DNA of 64,000 nucleotides from Psychromonas sp. (GTDB lineage: Bacteria > Pseudomonadota > Gammaproteobacteria > Enterobacterales > Psychromonadaceae), in the NCBI RefSeq assembly GCF_047632955.1, contig NZ_JBLIED010000005.1, positions 21,075 to 85,074 on the forward strand. The letters are read 5' to 3'. Position numbers and translations under genes: made by a program. Under the pieces are notes generated by a model. That model worked only from the letters and a program-made list of their open reading frames with translations, searched no databases and was not told the DNA's origin. This document shows positions 42,574 to 56,323 of this stretch, in pieces. Every line of letters starts with the position of its first letter. The first letter of the stretch is position 1.

Positions 42574-43904
42574 TGAAAGATCTATTTGAATTTAATAATG
42601 ATTTTCAGCCATTAGCGGCGCGGATGCGGCCTAAAATTTTTGCAGATTACATTGGCCAGTCACATATTATCGGTACCGGTAAGCCGTTACGGATTGCCTT
42701 GGAAAACGGCGCCGCGCACTCCATGATTTTATGGGGTCCACCCGGTACCGGCAAAACAACCTTAGCAGAATTAATTGCGACCTACTGTCATGCGCATGTA
42801 GAGCGTCTTTCAGCCGTGACCTCGGGCATTAAAGAGATACGTGCTGCGATTGAAATTGCTCAGCAAAATCGCACTAATGGTATTCGTACCTTGCTGTTTG
42901 TTGATGAGGTACATCGTTTTAACAAAGCGCAGCAGGATGCCTTTTTACCCTATATTGAAGATGGCACCATTTTATTTATTGGGGCAACAACGGAAAATCC
43001 CTCCTTTGAGCTTAATAATGCACTGTTATCCAGAGCACGAATTTATTTATTAAAAAAACTCAGTGAAGCTGAGATAATCGCGGTGATTGATCAGGCTTGT
43101 GCTTCAGAGGATGGACTCGCCGATAAAAATATTAAATTTATTGGTGATGTTAAAGAAAAATTAGCGCAGCTTGTTCAGGGGGATGCCAGAAAAGCCCTTA
43201 ATTATCTTGAATTATTAGCCGATATGGCGATTGATTCCGAGCAACGTTTATCCATTAATCTGGACCTGTTGAAGGAGATTGCCGGTCGTGAGGGGGTTAG
43301 CTTTGATAAAAAAGGGGACCTTTTTTACGACCTGATATCGGCCTTTCATAAATCGGTGCGTGGTTCCGATCCCGATGCCGCACTTTATTGGTATGCGCGT
43401 ATGCTCGCTGGTGGATGTGATCCGCTGTATGTGGCGCGCAGGTTATTAGCGATTGCATCGGAAGATATCGGTAATGCCGATCCGCGGGCGATGCAAATCG
43501 CAATAAATGCCTGGGACTGTTTTGCGCGCGTTGGGCCCTATGAAGGTGAGCGGGCAATCGCCCAGGCTATTGTCTACTGTGCCAGTGCACCTAAAAGTAA
43601 TGCCGTTTATATTGCCTTCGCCAATGCCAAGCAAGCCGTTAAAGATTTTCCTGAATATGAAGTGCCGTTACATCTTCGTAATGCGCCGACTAAATTAATG
43701 AAAGAACTTAACCATAATTTAGGTTATCGTTATGCCCATGACGAAGACGGTGCTTTTGCTGCGGGTGAAGTTTACCTGCCGGAAGAGATACAAGGCAGCA
43801 AGTTCTATCAGCCAACGGATCGTGGTTTTGAAAAGCAAATTTCCGCTAAACTTGATTATTTAGAGCAATTAAACCAGCAGAGTAATAATAAACGTTATCA
43901 GTGA
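42573..43904 (+). CDS. rarA: Replication-associated recombination protein A
   Basis: [26 protein letters not shown] and [10 protein letters not shown] motifs. Confidence 0.96.
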   Translation: MKDLFEFNNDFQPLAARMRPKIFADYIGQSHIIGTGKPLRIALENGAAHSMILWGPPGTGKTTLAELIATYCHAHVERLSAVTSGIKEIRAAIEIAQQNRTNGIRTLLFVDEVHRFNKAQQDAFLPYIEDGTILFIGATTENPSFELNNALLSRARIYLLKKLSEAEIIAVIDQACASEDGLADKNIKFIGDVKEKLAQLVQGDARKALNYLELLADMAIDSEQRLSINLDLLKEIAGREGVSFDKKGDLFYDLISAFHKSVRGSDPDAALYWYARMLAGGCDPLYVARRLLAIASEDIGNADPRAMQIAINAWDCFARVGPYEGERAIAQAIVYCASAPKSNAVYIAFANAKQAVKDFPEYEVPLHLRNAPTKLMKELNHNLGYRYAHDEDGAFAAGEVYLPEEIQGSKFYQPTDRGFEKQISAKLDYLEQLNQQSNNKRYQ

Positions 43905-43974
43905 TCGGATTGTTTATTGGATGATCTTTATAACGTATTTACAGTGCAACAGACACAAGGTATGAGTCACTTAT

Positions 43975-45656
<1,682 letters not shown>

Positions 45657-45808
45657 CTGTTCCTTAGCATACAACCTTTGAACATATGCAGGCAGATTCT
45701 CGCAGCTTTAACTTTGAGAGTCTGGCTGTAATGCATTTTTACAATGGCATTTCTTTATTCTACGTTTACGACCCGTAAAATATATTCCTTTTTACTTTCT
45801 CTCAATTG

Positions 45809-47176
45809 CTAACTTTTTTCTCTTTTAACTTTTGCTTTACTTCGGTGCTTATCAGAAACATGGTCAAAGAAGTGCCGTAATGAATAGAGCATTATCAAAC
45901 TTGGAATAACCATTAATGCGGTGATAATAAAGAACGTTGACCAGTCATTTAATATATCAATCAATTGACCACTGAATGACGCGAGCGTAGTACGTCCGAG
46001 GTTGCCCAATGAAGCTAACAGGGCGTATTGGGTGGCAGAAAATGCGCTACCGGTTAACAGGGTTAAAAATGACACAAAAGCGACCGTTGAAAATGCCGTG
46101 GTAAAGTTATCAACCAGTATGGTTGCTAAGAATAGATGCTCATTCGGGCCCACATGGGCTATCCAGGCAAACATCAAGTTACTTGCTGCCATTGCCGTTC
46201 CACCAATCATTAAACCACGCACAATGCCAAATTTGACGTTAAAGACACTGCCCAGCAAAGTGAAGAAGATAGTTGCCCCCCAGCCGATAAGTTTTGAATA
46301 GTGACCTATTTGCTCATTGCTAAAACCAATCTCTTTATAAAAGACAATCGACATTCGACCCAGAAAAGCTTCGCCAATTTTAAATAAGAATACAAACAAT
46401 AAAATAGTGAGTGCAACTTGAACACCATTGCGTTTAAAGAAATCCCAAAAAGGCTCAATCACGGTGACACTTAAGAAAGTCATCATTTTAGACTTAAGTA
46501 CTTTGTTATATTTATTTTCAGCTTGTTTCTGCAATGTTTCGCGTTCAGTGACCGGCTCCCCAACAAACAGGGTAAATAACATTAACACGCCAACGACAAC
46601 CGCCATGCCATAATAAACACCATTCCAACCCATACTGTCAGCATTCATAAAAGCAAAATAACCCGGCAGCGAATAACCTGTCCACCAACCGATCACCGCC
46701 ATCGCCGCAGCTTGCGGTAATTTACTGGTTTGCTGTCTTGGAAAGGTATCTATGCGATAGGCGTCAATGGCAATATCCTGGGTAGCAGAGGCGATAGCAA
46801 TGCCCAATGCCAGCATCGAAGTCATCATCAGATTAGTAGCAGGGTGCGTCCCTGCAATCAACAAGGTGAAAACCAAAATGAATGCCTGGCAAAGGAATAT
46901 CCAGCTGCGACGTTGTCCCAGAAGGGGATAAAGAAGAGGGAGTTTTACTCTATCGATTAACGGCGCCCACAGAAAATTAAAGGCATAGACAGTAAATACT
47001 GATCCAAAATAACCTATTGCGGCACGCGTTAAACCGGCATCCTTTAACCAGCCTGACATGTTGGAGCCGATTAAAACCCAGGGGAAACCACTTGAGCAGG
47101 CAAGCATAAAGACCCATAACAAGCGCTTATCTAAATAGCTGTGGAAGGTATCCTTCCAAGATAGCGTTGTGCTCAT
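45809..47176 (-). CDS. ampG: AmpG-family muropeptide MFS permease
   Basis: SSGFP, FLWAPLIDR, GQRRSW, ATQDIAIDAYR and ATQYALLASL motifs. Confidence 0.85.
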   Translation of the reverse strand: MSTTLSWKDTFHSYLDKRLLWVFMLACSSGFPWVLIGSNMSGWLKDAGLTRAAIGYFGSVFTVYAFNFLWAPLIDRVKLPLLYPLLGQRRSWIFLCQAFILVFTLLIAGTHPATNLMMTSMLALGIAIASATQDIAIDAYRIDTFPRQQTSKLPQAAAMAVIGWWTGYSLPGYFAFMNADSMGWNGVYYGMAVVVGVLMLFTLFVGEPVTERETLQKQAENKYNKVLKSKMMTFLSVTVIEPFWDFFKRNGVQVALTILLFVFLFKIGEAFLGRMSIVFYKEIGFSNEQIGHYSKLIGWGATIFFTLLGSVFNVKFGIVRGLMIGGTAMAASNLMFAWIAHVGPNEHLFLATILVDNFTTAFSTVAFVSFLTLLTGSAFSATQYALLASLGNLGRTTLASFSGQLIDILNDWSTFFIITALMVIPSLIMLYSLRHFFDHVSDKHRSKAKVKREKS

Positions 47177-47308
47177 TAGGTTTTCCTTTTGATTAAAGCA
47201 ACGCAGATAATGATTATCCGCATCATTGTTGTAATTTTAACATGGGTTAGTCCGGCAATATATGAGCGCTAGAGAATGAACCTTATGACGGGTTAATACA
47301 ACGTCAGT

Positions 47309-48418
47309 TTAGTGTTCGAACTGATGGCCTATTAATTCAAATCGCCAGCCCGTTAACAACTTGGGTTTATTGGCAGTTTGTCTTTGCAGAGCGTCTAATT
47401 TCCACAACCAGCTTAGATATTCGTTAATTACTCGTTTAGAGGCGATTAACTCAAGGGGTAAATTATATTGTTCAGCGCATGCTTGAATTTTATCGCGCAT
47501 TGATTTCATGGTGCTTTTATACCCGGGAAAATCGACCAAACGTATCACCAGTGATGGGTAATGACTTTCGTCCTGGTTGAGTGTCTGGGTAATGATGGTC
47601 AGAATTTGTTGTCCATGAATACGAATTTCGTTGGGTAATAAATGTAAACGACGCAGATCTTCTAAACAAGTGGGTTGGTAATAGGCCAATAACCACAGGT
47701 GGTCAGCTTTGACGACAAAGTTAAGCGCCAGATTACGTTCCTGTGCGGTGAGTAAACGCCATTTTGCCAACGCTTTTATAATGGCCAGTCCCTGACGATC
47801 CAATTTAAATAAATTGTTAAGCGACTTATAAGCTTTATCGGGATCGGTTTTTAGCATCTTTTGATCAAGCACCGCCTGACACTCCTGCTCAAAGAAATGC
47901 AGCATGTTTTTATCTTCAAGTTGTTTTTGGAGTTTCTCCAGGCAGGGTTGTAAATGTAAAACATCTATCGCCGCATAGCTTATCTGCTTTTCACTTAAAG
48001 GCCGGGCACACCAGTCTGTTCGTGATTCACCTTTATCAACAATAACGTCCTCCAATGTTTCAACCATTTTAGCATAACCCAGCGAGGCGCCCAGGTTGAG
48101 AAAAGAACAGGCTATTTGGGTATCAAAAAGAGTGAAATTAAGATCACCTTTATGTTCGCGTATAATTTCCAAATCTTCACTGCTGGCATGCAAAATTATG
48201 TTTTTGTTATCAATCGCCTGCCAAAAACTTGACAGGTCGCCGACCGCAATAGGATCGATTAAGGTGATACGGGTATTTTGAGATATTTGTAACAAGCCTA
48301 AATTTGCCAAGTAAGTGCGTGTGCGAACAAATTCGGTATCAAGTGAAATCGGGCTGCTATCAAGGGTTGTTATAAAATCATGCAATTGTGCTGTTGTTGT
48401 AATTATTTCAAATTGCAT
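47309..48418 (-). CDS. rnd: Ribonuclease D
   Basis: DTEFVRTRTY, DTQIA, TDWCARPL, YAAIDV and HRDC region. Confidence 0.94.
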   Translation of the reverse strand: MQFEIITTTAQLHDFITTLDSSPISLDTEFVRTRTYLANLGLLQISQNTRITLIDPIAVGDLSSFWQAIDNKNIILHASSEDLEIIREHKGDLNFTLFDTQIACSFLNLGASLGYAKMVETLEDVIVDKGESRTDWCARPLSEKQISYAAIDVLHLQPCLEKLQKQLEDKNMLHFFEQECQAVLDQKMLKTDPDKAYKSLNNLFKLDRQGLAIIKALAKWRLLTAQERNLALNFVVKADHLWLLAYYQPTCLEDLRRLHLLPNEIRIHGQQILTIITQTLNQDESHYPSLVIRLVDFPGYKSTMKSMRDKIQACAEQYNLPLELIASKRVINEYLSWLWKLDALQRQTANKPKLLTGWRFELIGHQFEH

Positions 48419-48853
48419 CGGTGCAACCTATATATTATTAATTTAAGAAGGGGCTATATTACGTAATTAGTTGCTGATCTGCCATTGATATTCACATTTT
48501 CCGTACACTTATAAATATTTACGTTAAATGCATAGATATTCTAAATAATTGCATAGGAAAAGCATTTAAGATCCAATAAATAAACATTAAACACTTGATT
48601 ATAGAGTTTATTTTAATCATATTGGTAGTTAAGGCTTTGATTTAAAATAGGATCGGATTATCCATTCGCTGAGCTGGGAAATTGCTTACAGATTTAACTA
48701 GAATGCACTATTTGATCTTGCTATATTGTTATATTGAGATCGATCAATTAGAATAAATTTTCTAAACGGAACTAAATAACCTATATCTGCAAGTGACTGT
48801 TATATAGATGGTAGGGCTTAATAGTAAATGCATAGAGGGTGGTAAGGAAAAAA

Positions 48854-50251
48854 ATGACTAAAACAATGTATGAAAAAATCTGGGATGCGCATTTGGTTTA
48901 TGAACCAGAAGCAGGCTCTCCAATTCTGTTTGTTGACAGACACCTAATGCATGAAGTGACCAGTCCACAAGCATTTGAAGGCCTTAAACTGCAAAACCGT
49001 AAAGTGCGCAACAAGCACAGCATTCTAGCCACAATGGATCATTGTGTACCGACCAAAGATCGCAGCAAAATTGTTGATCCTGTTGCGGCAAAACAGATTC
49101 AAACCATGGCGGTTAACTGTAAAGAACATGATTTAAATCTTTATGATATGAGCAACGTTAACAACGGTGTTATTCATATTGTTGTTCCTGAGCATGGTTT
49201 TGTTCATCCAGGTATGGTTGTTTGTTGTGGTGATAGCCATACTGCAACACACGGAGCATTTGGTACACTTGCATTTGGTATCGGTACTTCTGAAGTTGAA
49301 CATGTAATGGCAACACAAACATTACAACAACAAAAATCAAAAACATTGCTGATAAAAGTAGAGGGGAAACTTTCTAAATATGCGACCGCTAAAGACATTG
49401 CATTAGCCATTGTCGGTAAAACGGGTACCGCAGGCGGTACTGGTTACGTTATTGAATTTGCTGGCGATACCATCGTTAACCTGTCTATGGAAGGTCGTAT
49501 GACTTTGTGTAACATGGCTATCGAAGCAGGCGCACGTGCAGGTCTTATTGCACCGGATCAAACCACCTTTGATTACCTAGAAGGTAAAGAGTTTGCACCT
49601 AAGGGTAATGATTGGGATGCGGCCGTTACCTATTGGAAAACCCTTCCTTCTGATAAGGGCGCTGAGTTTGATAAAGTGATCACCCTTAAAGCTGAAGATA
49701 TCGCGCCACAGGTTACCTGGGGAACTTCACCTGAACAGGTGATGTCAGTGAATGGATTTATTCCTGCACCCACTGATTTTGATGATGCAGTTAAAGCACA
49801 GGCTTGTGAAAATGCGCTTAAATACATGGAAGTGACAGCTGGTCAGAAAATAACCGACGTTAATGTCGATATTGTATTTTTAGGCTCTTGTACTAACGGT
49901 CGTATTGAAGATTTTCGTTCTGCTGCCGAGATGATTAAAGGTAAAACAGTTGCAGCTGGTGTTCAGGCAATTGCAGTCCCTGGTTCTTATCCTGTAAAAG
50001 AGCAGGCGGAAGCGGAAGGTTTAGACAAAATATTTCTTGATGCCGGTTGGGAATGGCGTGAACCAGGCTGTTCAATGTGTCTTGCTATGAACGGTGATGA
50101 ATTAACCGACGGTCAACGTTGTGCTTCTACTTCAAACCGTAATTTCGAAGGTCGTCAAGGTAAGGGTGGACGTACTCACCTTGTTTCACCAGCAATGGCA
50201 GCAGCGGCATCTATTGCCGGACACTTTGTAGATATTCGAGATTGGGCATAA
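48854..50251 (+). CDS. leuC: Isopropylmalate/citramalate isomerase large subunit
   Basis: [30 protein letters not shown] and [12 protein letters not shown] motifs. Start placed at ATG 48854. Confidence 0.95.
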   Translation: MTKTMYEKIWDAHLVYEPEAGSPILFVDRHLMHEVTSPQAFEGLKLQNRKVRNKHSILATMDHCVPTKDRSKIVDPVAAKQIQTMAVNCKEHDLNLYDMSNVNNGVIHIVVPEHGFVHPGMVVCCGDSHTATHGAFGTLAFGIGTSEVEHVMATQTLQQQKSKTLLIKVEGKLSKYATAKDIALAIVGKTGTAGGTGYVIEFAGDTIVNLSMEGRMTLCNMAIEAGARAGLIAPDQTTFDYLEGKEFAPKGNDWDAAVTYWKTLPSDKGAEFDKVITLKAEDIAPQVTWGTSPEQVMSVNGFIPAPTDFDDAVKAQACENALKYMEVTAGQKITDVNVDIVFLGSCTNGRIEDFRSAAEMIKGKTVAAGVQAIAVPGSYPVKEQAEAEGLDKIFLDAGWEWREPGCSMCLAMNGDELTDGQRCASTSNRNFEGRQGKGGRTHLVSPAMAAAASIAGHFVDIRDWA

Positions 50252-50262
50252 AGGGAACAATA

Positions 50263-50877
50263 ATGGAAGCTTATAAAAAACATACTAGCATTGCGGCATT
50301 AATGGATCGCAGTAACGTTGATACAGACCAGATTATTCCAAAGCAGTTCTTGAAAAAAGTTGAGCGCACGGGTTTTGGTATTCACCTTTTTCATGATTGG
50401 CGTTTTCTGGCAGATAATGTCACCCCCAATCCTGCATTTGAACTTAATAAACCTGCCTTTAAAGGCGCTAAAATTTTAGTTGCGGGTGAAAACTTCGGTT
50501 GTGGCTCTTCGCGTGAGCATGCTCCCTGGGCGATCGCTGATTACGGTTTTAATACTGTTATCTCAACCAGTTTTGCGGATATTTTTTACACTAACTGTTT
50601 TAAAAACGCTATTCTGCCGATTAGAGTAAGCAAAGCTGAACTTGCTGCATTAATGGCGGAAATTAATGCTGATGAAGGGGTTGAATTTTCGGTTGACCTT
50701 GAAGCTGAAAAGTTAACCACACCAGGCGGTATTGTTATTCATATTGAAGTGGATCCGTTCCGTAAAGAATCTTTACTGGGTGGTCTTGATGATATTGCGT
50801 GGACATTAAAACACCAAGATAAAATTACTGCTTTTGAAGAAAAACAAAAACAAACATTACCTTGGTTATGGAAATAA
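50263..50877 (+). CDS. leuD: Isopropylmalate/citramalate isomerase small subunit
   Basis: NVDTDQIIPKQFL and NFGCGSSREHAPW motifs. Start placed at ATG 50263. Confidence 0.95.
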   Translation: MEAYKKHTSIAALMDRSNVDTDQIIPKQFLKKVERTGFGIHLFHDWRFLADNVTPNPAFELNKPAFKGAKILVAGENFGCGSSREHAPWAIADYGFNTVISTSFADIFYTNCFKNAILPIRVSKAELAALMAEINADEGVEFSVDLEAEKLTTPGGIVIHIEVDPFRKESLLGGLDDIAWTLKHQDKITAFEEKQKQTLPWLWK

Positions 50878-50912
50878 TCGTTTTTAACGTCTGAAAAAAC
50901 AACATAAATTAT

Positions 50913-50937
50913 AAGGCGCATTGATTGCGCCTTTTTT
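50913..50937 (+). terminator. Intrinsic terminator between leuD and cimA
   Basis: AAGGCGCA-ttgat-TGCGCCTT followed by a T run. Confidence 0.75.
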
Positions 50938-51041
50938 ATGAAGAATTTATTCGATTAAATCCCCTTTTTTTAACTATTTTAATCAAATAAGTTTTTTACT
51001 TTTAGAAGTGATCTGGTGAATAAATTTAATGGAGTAAGGCA

Positions 51042-52574
51042 ATGAGCCGAGAAAACGTTGTCCAGTTAATGGATACAACATTACGTGATGGAGAGCAGAC
51101 TCAGGCGGTTTCATTTACGCCTGCTGAAAAAGTAAGTCTTGCCAAAGCATTATTACAGAAATTAAAAATAGACCGTATTGAAGTGGCTTCCGCGCGTGTT
51201 TCCGAAGGTGAAAAAGAAGCTGTAACAAAACTCAACAGCTGGGCAAGTCGCGAAGGCTTCATCAACAAAATAGAAGTGTTAGGCTTTGTCGATCATACCT
51301 TAAGCGTGGACTGGATAACGGATACCGGCGGAAAGGTGTTAAATCTGCTTGCCAAGGGCAGTTTGAAACACTGCAACGAGCAGTTACGCAAAACACTGGC
51401 TGAGCATATCGTTGATATCAAAGAGACTATCAGCTACGCGCAGCAGCAGGATTTACAGGTTAATATATATCTGGAAGACTGGTCAAACGGTTACAAAGAC
51501 AGTCCTGAATATGTTTATCAAATGGTCGAACAATTACAGGATAGCGGGATCGCTCATTTTATGTTGCCTGATACACTGGGTGTGATGTCTCCCGATGAAG
51601 TGTTTGAAAGTTTAACGGATATGGTAGGGCGTTTTCCAACGTTGAATTTTGATTTTCACCCTCACAATGATTACGGCCTGGCGACGGCAAATGCCATGTT
51701 TGCGGTCAAAGCTGGCGTGTCTTCGATACATTGTACAATGAACTGTTTAGGTGAAAGAGCTGGTAATGCCTCTTTGTCTGAAGTGGCGGTGGTTTTACAA
51801 GACAAACTTGGCAAAACGGTGAATATTGATGAAAGCCAAATTCTTAATTTAAGCCGCCTTGTGGAAAATTATTCGGGTAAACGTATTTCCGATAATACGC
51901 CTATAGTTGGCGCTGATGTATTTACCCAGACCAGTGGAATACATGCCGATGGCGACCGCAAAGGGGGATTATATATCTCTGCATTAACCCCCGAGCGCTT
52001 CGCCCGTTCCCGCAGTTATGCCCTGGGTAAAATGAGTGGCAAAGCCTCTCTCGCCAAAAATTTAGAAGCGATGAATATTGAGCTTGATCCGGATCAGCAG
52101 AAAAAACTGCTCAAACGTATTGTCAGATTAGCCGATCAAAAAGCCAGTATCAGTGCAGATGATCTGCCTTTTATTATTGCCGACCTTTTAGAGCGAAATC
52201 ATTACAACTATGTTGAGCTGTTAAACTGTTCGATCAATTCCGGATTAGACTTAGAATCCACGGTCAGTATCAGATTGCGGGTTAAGGATAAAATTTATAA
52301 AGCAAGCGGCAGTGGTAATGGTGGTTTTGATGCATTTATCGGTGCGATGAAAAAAGTATTAGATAAACAAACATTCATTTTCCCAGAATTAATTGATTAT
52401 CAACTGCGTATACCACCAGGTGGAAAAACCAGCGCGTTAACCGAATGTACTATTATCTGGTCAGATGAAAAAAACCAATTTACCACGCGTGGTGTTAATG
52501 CCAATCAGGTCATGGCAGGTATCGGCGCAACGATTCGTATGATTAATCTCAAACTGCATAACAGTAACAGCTAA
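51042..52574 (+). CDS. cimA: (R)-citramalate synthase-like DRE-TIM enzyme (Leptospira/Bacteroidetes CimA type)
   Basis: DTTLRDGEQ, RIEVASARVSEGE, EVLGFVD, NIYLEDWSNG, LPDTLG, HPHNDYG and C-terminal RIPPGGKT match my recollection of Leptospira CimA, not enteric LeuA. Confidence 0.8.
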   Translation: MSRENVVQLMDTTLRDGEQTQAVSFTPAEKVSLAKALLQKLKIDRIEVASARVSEGEKEAVTKLNSWASREGFINKIEVLGFVDHTLSVDWITDTGGKVLNLLAKGSLKHCNEQLRKTLAEHIVDIKETISYAQQQDLQVNIYLEDWSNGYKDSPEYVYQMVEQLQDSGIAHFMLPDTLGVMSPDEVFESLTDMVGRFPTLNFDFHPHNDYGLATANAMFAVKAGVSSIHCTMNCLGERAGNASLSEVAVVLQDKLGKTVNIDESQILNLSRLVENYSGKRISDNTPIVGADVFTQTSGIHADGDRKGGLYISALTPERFARSRSYALGKMSGKASLAKNLEAMNIELDPDQQKKLLKRIVRLADQKASISADDLPFIIADLLERNHYNYVELLNCSINSGLDLESTVSIRLRVKDKIYKASGSGNGGFDAFIGAMKKVLDKQTFIFPELIDYQLRIPPGGKTSALTECTIIWSDEKNQFTTRGVNANQVMAGIGATIRMINLKLHNSNS

Positions 52575-52589
52575 ATAAGTGTTACATGT

Positions 52590-52623
52590 AAAAAAGCCTT
52601 AATCCTTCGATTAAGGCTTTTTT
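52590..52623 (+). terminator. Intrinsic terminator after cimA
   Basis: AAAAAGCCTTAATC-cttc-GATTAAGGCTTTTT. Confidence 0.8.
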
Positions 52624-52693
52624 AATAGGTTACTGGCTTGTAATTAGTTAGACTACGTAAAAAATCAGGTAAGTAATAGAGAAGGAAATAATA

Positions 52694-53140
52694 ATGCGAG
52701 TTTGTGGTGTAGAGTTAACGGGTAATGAAGCTATTATCAGCATAATACAGTTAAAAAATGGTTTATATGATGTCCCTAAAGTGCGCGCGGCTAAATTCAG
52801 CCTGCCCGATGCGATTAATACCGATCCCCTTAAAAAGTTTCAGTTTGAATTTTCACAATTAATGAAAGATTATCAGGTAGATACCGTTGTTATAAAACAG
52901 CGTGATTTAAAAGGAAAATATGCCGGTAATCCTTTGAGTTTCAAAATCGAAGGCGCATTACAGTTGGTGGCAGATTTAAAGGTGCACGTTTTATCAAGTC
53001 ATTATATTAAAGAAGGTTTATCTATGGCTCAGGTAAAACCCGATATACGCGAAGTCGGTTTGAAACAATTTCAAACCCAGGCGATGCTCACTGCATTTGC
53101 TTATTTGGAGCAGCAAGCGGCCTTATCTCGACAAAATTAG
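52694..53140 (+). CDS. DUF3010-family protein
   Basis: MRVCGVELTGNEAII, KGKYAG..LSFKIEGALQ and GLKQFQ pattern. Confidence 0.75.
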   Translation: MRVCGVELTGNEAIISIIQLKNGLYDVPKVRAAKFSLPDAINTDPLKKFQFEFSQLMKDYQVDTVVIKQRDLKGKYAGNPLSFKIEGALQLVADLKVHVLSSHYIKEGLSMAQVKPDIREVGLKQFQTQAMLTAFAYLEQQAALSRQN

Positions 53141-53268
53141 TACTTTAATCCTGATTCCGCAGGAGAAATTTTTTTTAAGGGGTTTTGTTCCCTCTTATTT
53201 TATTGCTATAAAACATTCGGGATATTTTATAGCAATTCTATTAATTAGGCGCCGGAAAAATTCATGAA

Positions 53269-53312
53269 AGCAAGGCATTGATTGCAGTAACTAGATGTTC
53301 TAATTATAAAAT
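53269..53312 (+). repeat. Degenerate dispersed-repeat (ERIC/MITE-like) core
   Basis: agcaaggcattgattgcagtaactagatgttct..ataaaat, related to 16546-16591 on the opposite strand. Confidence 0.4.
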
Positions 53313-53563
53313 TAATAACAAAGACTAAAACGTAGTTTTATCTAGCTAGCAGGTGTTTTAACCAGCATAAATGTGCAGAAAATTAATGGATTTGGTACAA
53401 TAATACGCACAAGCCGCTTTAATTGAATTGAGATGAAGATAAAGTACAATTCATTTCAAATTAAAAATATGCTGCATCATTTTTTCTTTTTTAAGTTGCT
53501 CCCGCTTGACTTCACTTTGATCATCCTTAAACTACATCGTTTTATCCTTTCGGAATGTTTTGC

Positions 53564-54625
53564 ATGAAAGTTTCAGATTTTTCTTTTGAATTGCCGCTAG
53601 AATTAATTGCTCGTTATCCTATGAAAGACCGTTCGGCCAGCCGTTTATTATCGGTGCAAGGAAATTCCGGCGAATTAAAACATTTACAGTTTACCGATGT
53701 AGTCAACCTTATTGATGAGAATGATTTACTTATTTTTAACGATACACGGGTTATTCCTGCTCGTCTGTTTGGTGAAAAAGAGACAGGAGGAAAAATAGAA
53801 GTGCTGGTTGAAAGAGTATTAGATGACAAAAGCTTCCTTGCCCATCTGCGCAGTTCTAAATCACCGAAACCGGGATGTAAGTTACGTTTAGAAAACAGCA
53901 TTGATGCTGTGATGGTAAAACGTCAGGGTCCTTTATTTGAAATACACATTGATCATCACAGTTCTGTATTAGACATGTTGGAATCAATTGGCCATATACC
54001 ATTACCCCCTTATATCGACAGGCCAGACGAAGATTCCGATAAAGAGCGTTACCAGACCGTTTATAATAAAAATCCGGGTGCGGTTGCGGCCCCCACTGCA
54101 GGTCTGCATTTTGATCAGGCAGTCCTGACAAAATTGCAGGATAAAGGTATTGATTTTGCTTTTGTTACCCTGCATGTTGGTGCGGGAACCTTTCAACCCG
54201 TCAAAGTAGATAATATACTCGATCATCAAATGCACAGCGAGTATGCTGAGGTATCTCAACAAGTTATTGATAAAATAAAATCTACCAAAGCAAAAGGCGG
54301 GCGTGTTATTGCCGTTGGTACAACCTCTGTACGATCTGTTGAAAGCGCAGCACAAGCTAGTATTAAAAGTGGTCATGACCTTATTCCCTTTTTTGCTGAA
54401 ACAAGTATTTTCATTTACCCGGGTTATAAATTTCAGATAGTTGATGCACTAATTACCAATTTCCATTTGTCAGAATCGACACTGCTGATGCTGGTGTCCG
54501 CTTTTTCAGGCAAAGAACATATTGATAATGCATATAAAATTGCTATTCAGGAAAAATATCGTTTTTTTAGTTATGGTGATGCAATGTTTTTAACTAAGAA
54601 AAATCCACAGCCGTTAACTATTTAA
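53564..54625 (+). CDS. queA: S-adenosylmethionine:tRNA ribosyltransferase-isomerase
   Basis: [31 protein letters not shown] and RFFSYGDAM motifs. Confidence 0.97.
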   Translation: MKVSDFSFELPLELIARYPMKDRSASRLLSVQGNSGELKHLQFTDVVNLIDENDLLIFNDTRVIPARLFGEKETGGKIEVLVERVLDDKSFLAHLRSSKSPKPGCKLRLENSIDAVMVKRQGPLFEIHIDHHSSVLDMLESIGHIPLPPYIDRPDEDSDKERYQTVYNKNPGAVAAPTAGLHFDQAVLTKLQDKGIDFAFVTLHVGAGTFQPVKVDNILDHQMHSEYAEVSQQVIDKIKSTKAKGGRVIAVGTTSVRSVESAAQASIKSGHDLIPFFAETSIFIYPGYKFQIVDALITNFHLSESTLLMLVSAFSGKEHIDNAYKIAIQEKYRFFSYGDAMFLTKKNPQPLTI

Positions 54626-54691
54626 AGCACTTGAAGATTCTATTTTTGAATCAACAAGTGCTTTTGTTATAGATAAGACCAACAAAAATAA

Positions 54692-55846
<1,155 letters not shown>

Positions 55847-55897
55847 CAAATTTATCAATAACAATAATATTCAATTTTAATTTAAAAGGGTAACAAA

Positions 55898-56230
55898 ATG
55901 AGTCTATTTATTTCTCAAGCACATGCAGCAGCAGAAGGTCAACCTGAAGGCAGTATGTCTTTTATTTTGATGATGGTCGTATTCGCTGCGATATTTTATT
56001 TTATGATTTACCGTCCTCAGTCAAAACGCACTAAAGCACATAAAAGTCTGATGGAAAGCATTGGTAAAGGTGACGAAGTCTTGACCCAGGGTGGTTTAAT
56101 TGGTCGCGTTGTTAAAGTTAATACCGAAAACGATTATCTTCAGATTGAATTAAATGAAAATAATGTTATCTCGATTAAAAAAGATTATGTGACAGCTGTT
56201 TTACCAAAAGGTACGCTTAAATCTATCTAA
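55898..56230 (+). CDS. yajC: Preprotein translocase subunit YajC
   Basis: FYFMIYRPQ and GDEVLTQGGLIG motifs. Confidence 0.96.
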   Translation: MSLFISQAHAAAEGQPEGSMSFILMMVVFAAIFYFMIYRPQSKRTKAHKSLMESIGKGDEVLTQGGLIGRVVKVNTENDYLQIELNENNVISIKKDYVTAVLPKGTLKSI

Positions 56231-56323
56231 GAAATATTCAGCTTTTTTAATAGAAAGAACGAAGTAATAAAAAAACATTACTTCGTTCTCATTTTATTAG
56301 GCGCTTCATTTAAGGACAATACA

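Noticed and set aside
43905-43974. Fluoride riboswitch before crcB
   Set aside because: The 70-bp gap lacks the GATGG..CC pseudoknot and CTGATGA conserved elements.
48703-48756. Leu/Ile-containing mini-ORF (MHYLILLYCYIEIDQLE) as a leu attenuator peptide
   Set aside because: There is no tandem control-codon run, no RBS and no terminator/antiterminator between it and leuC.
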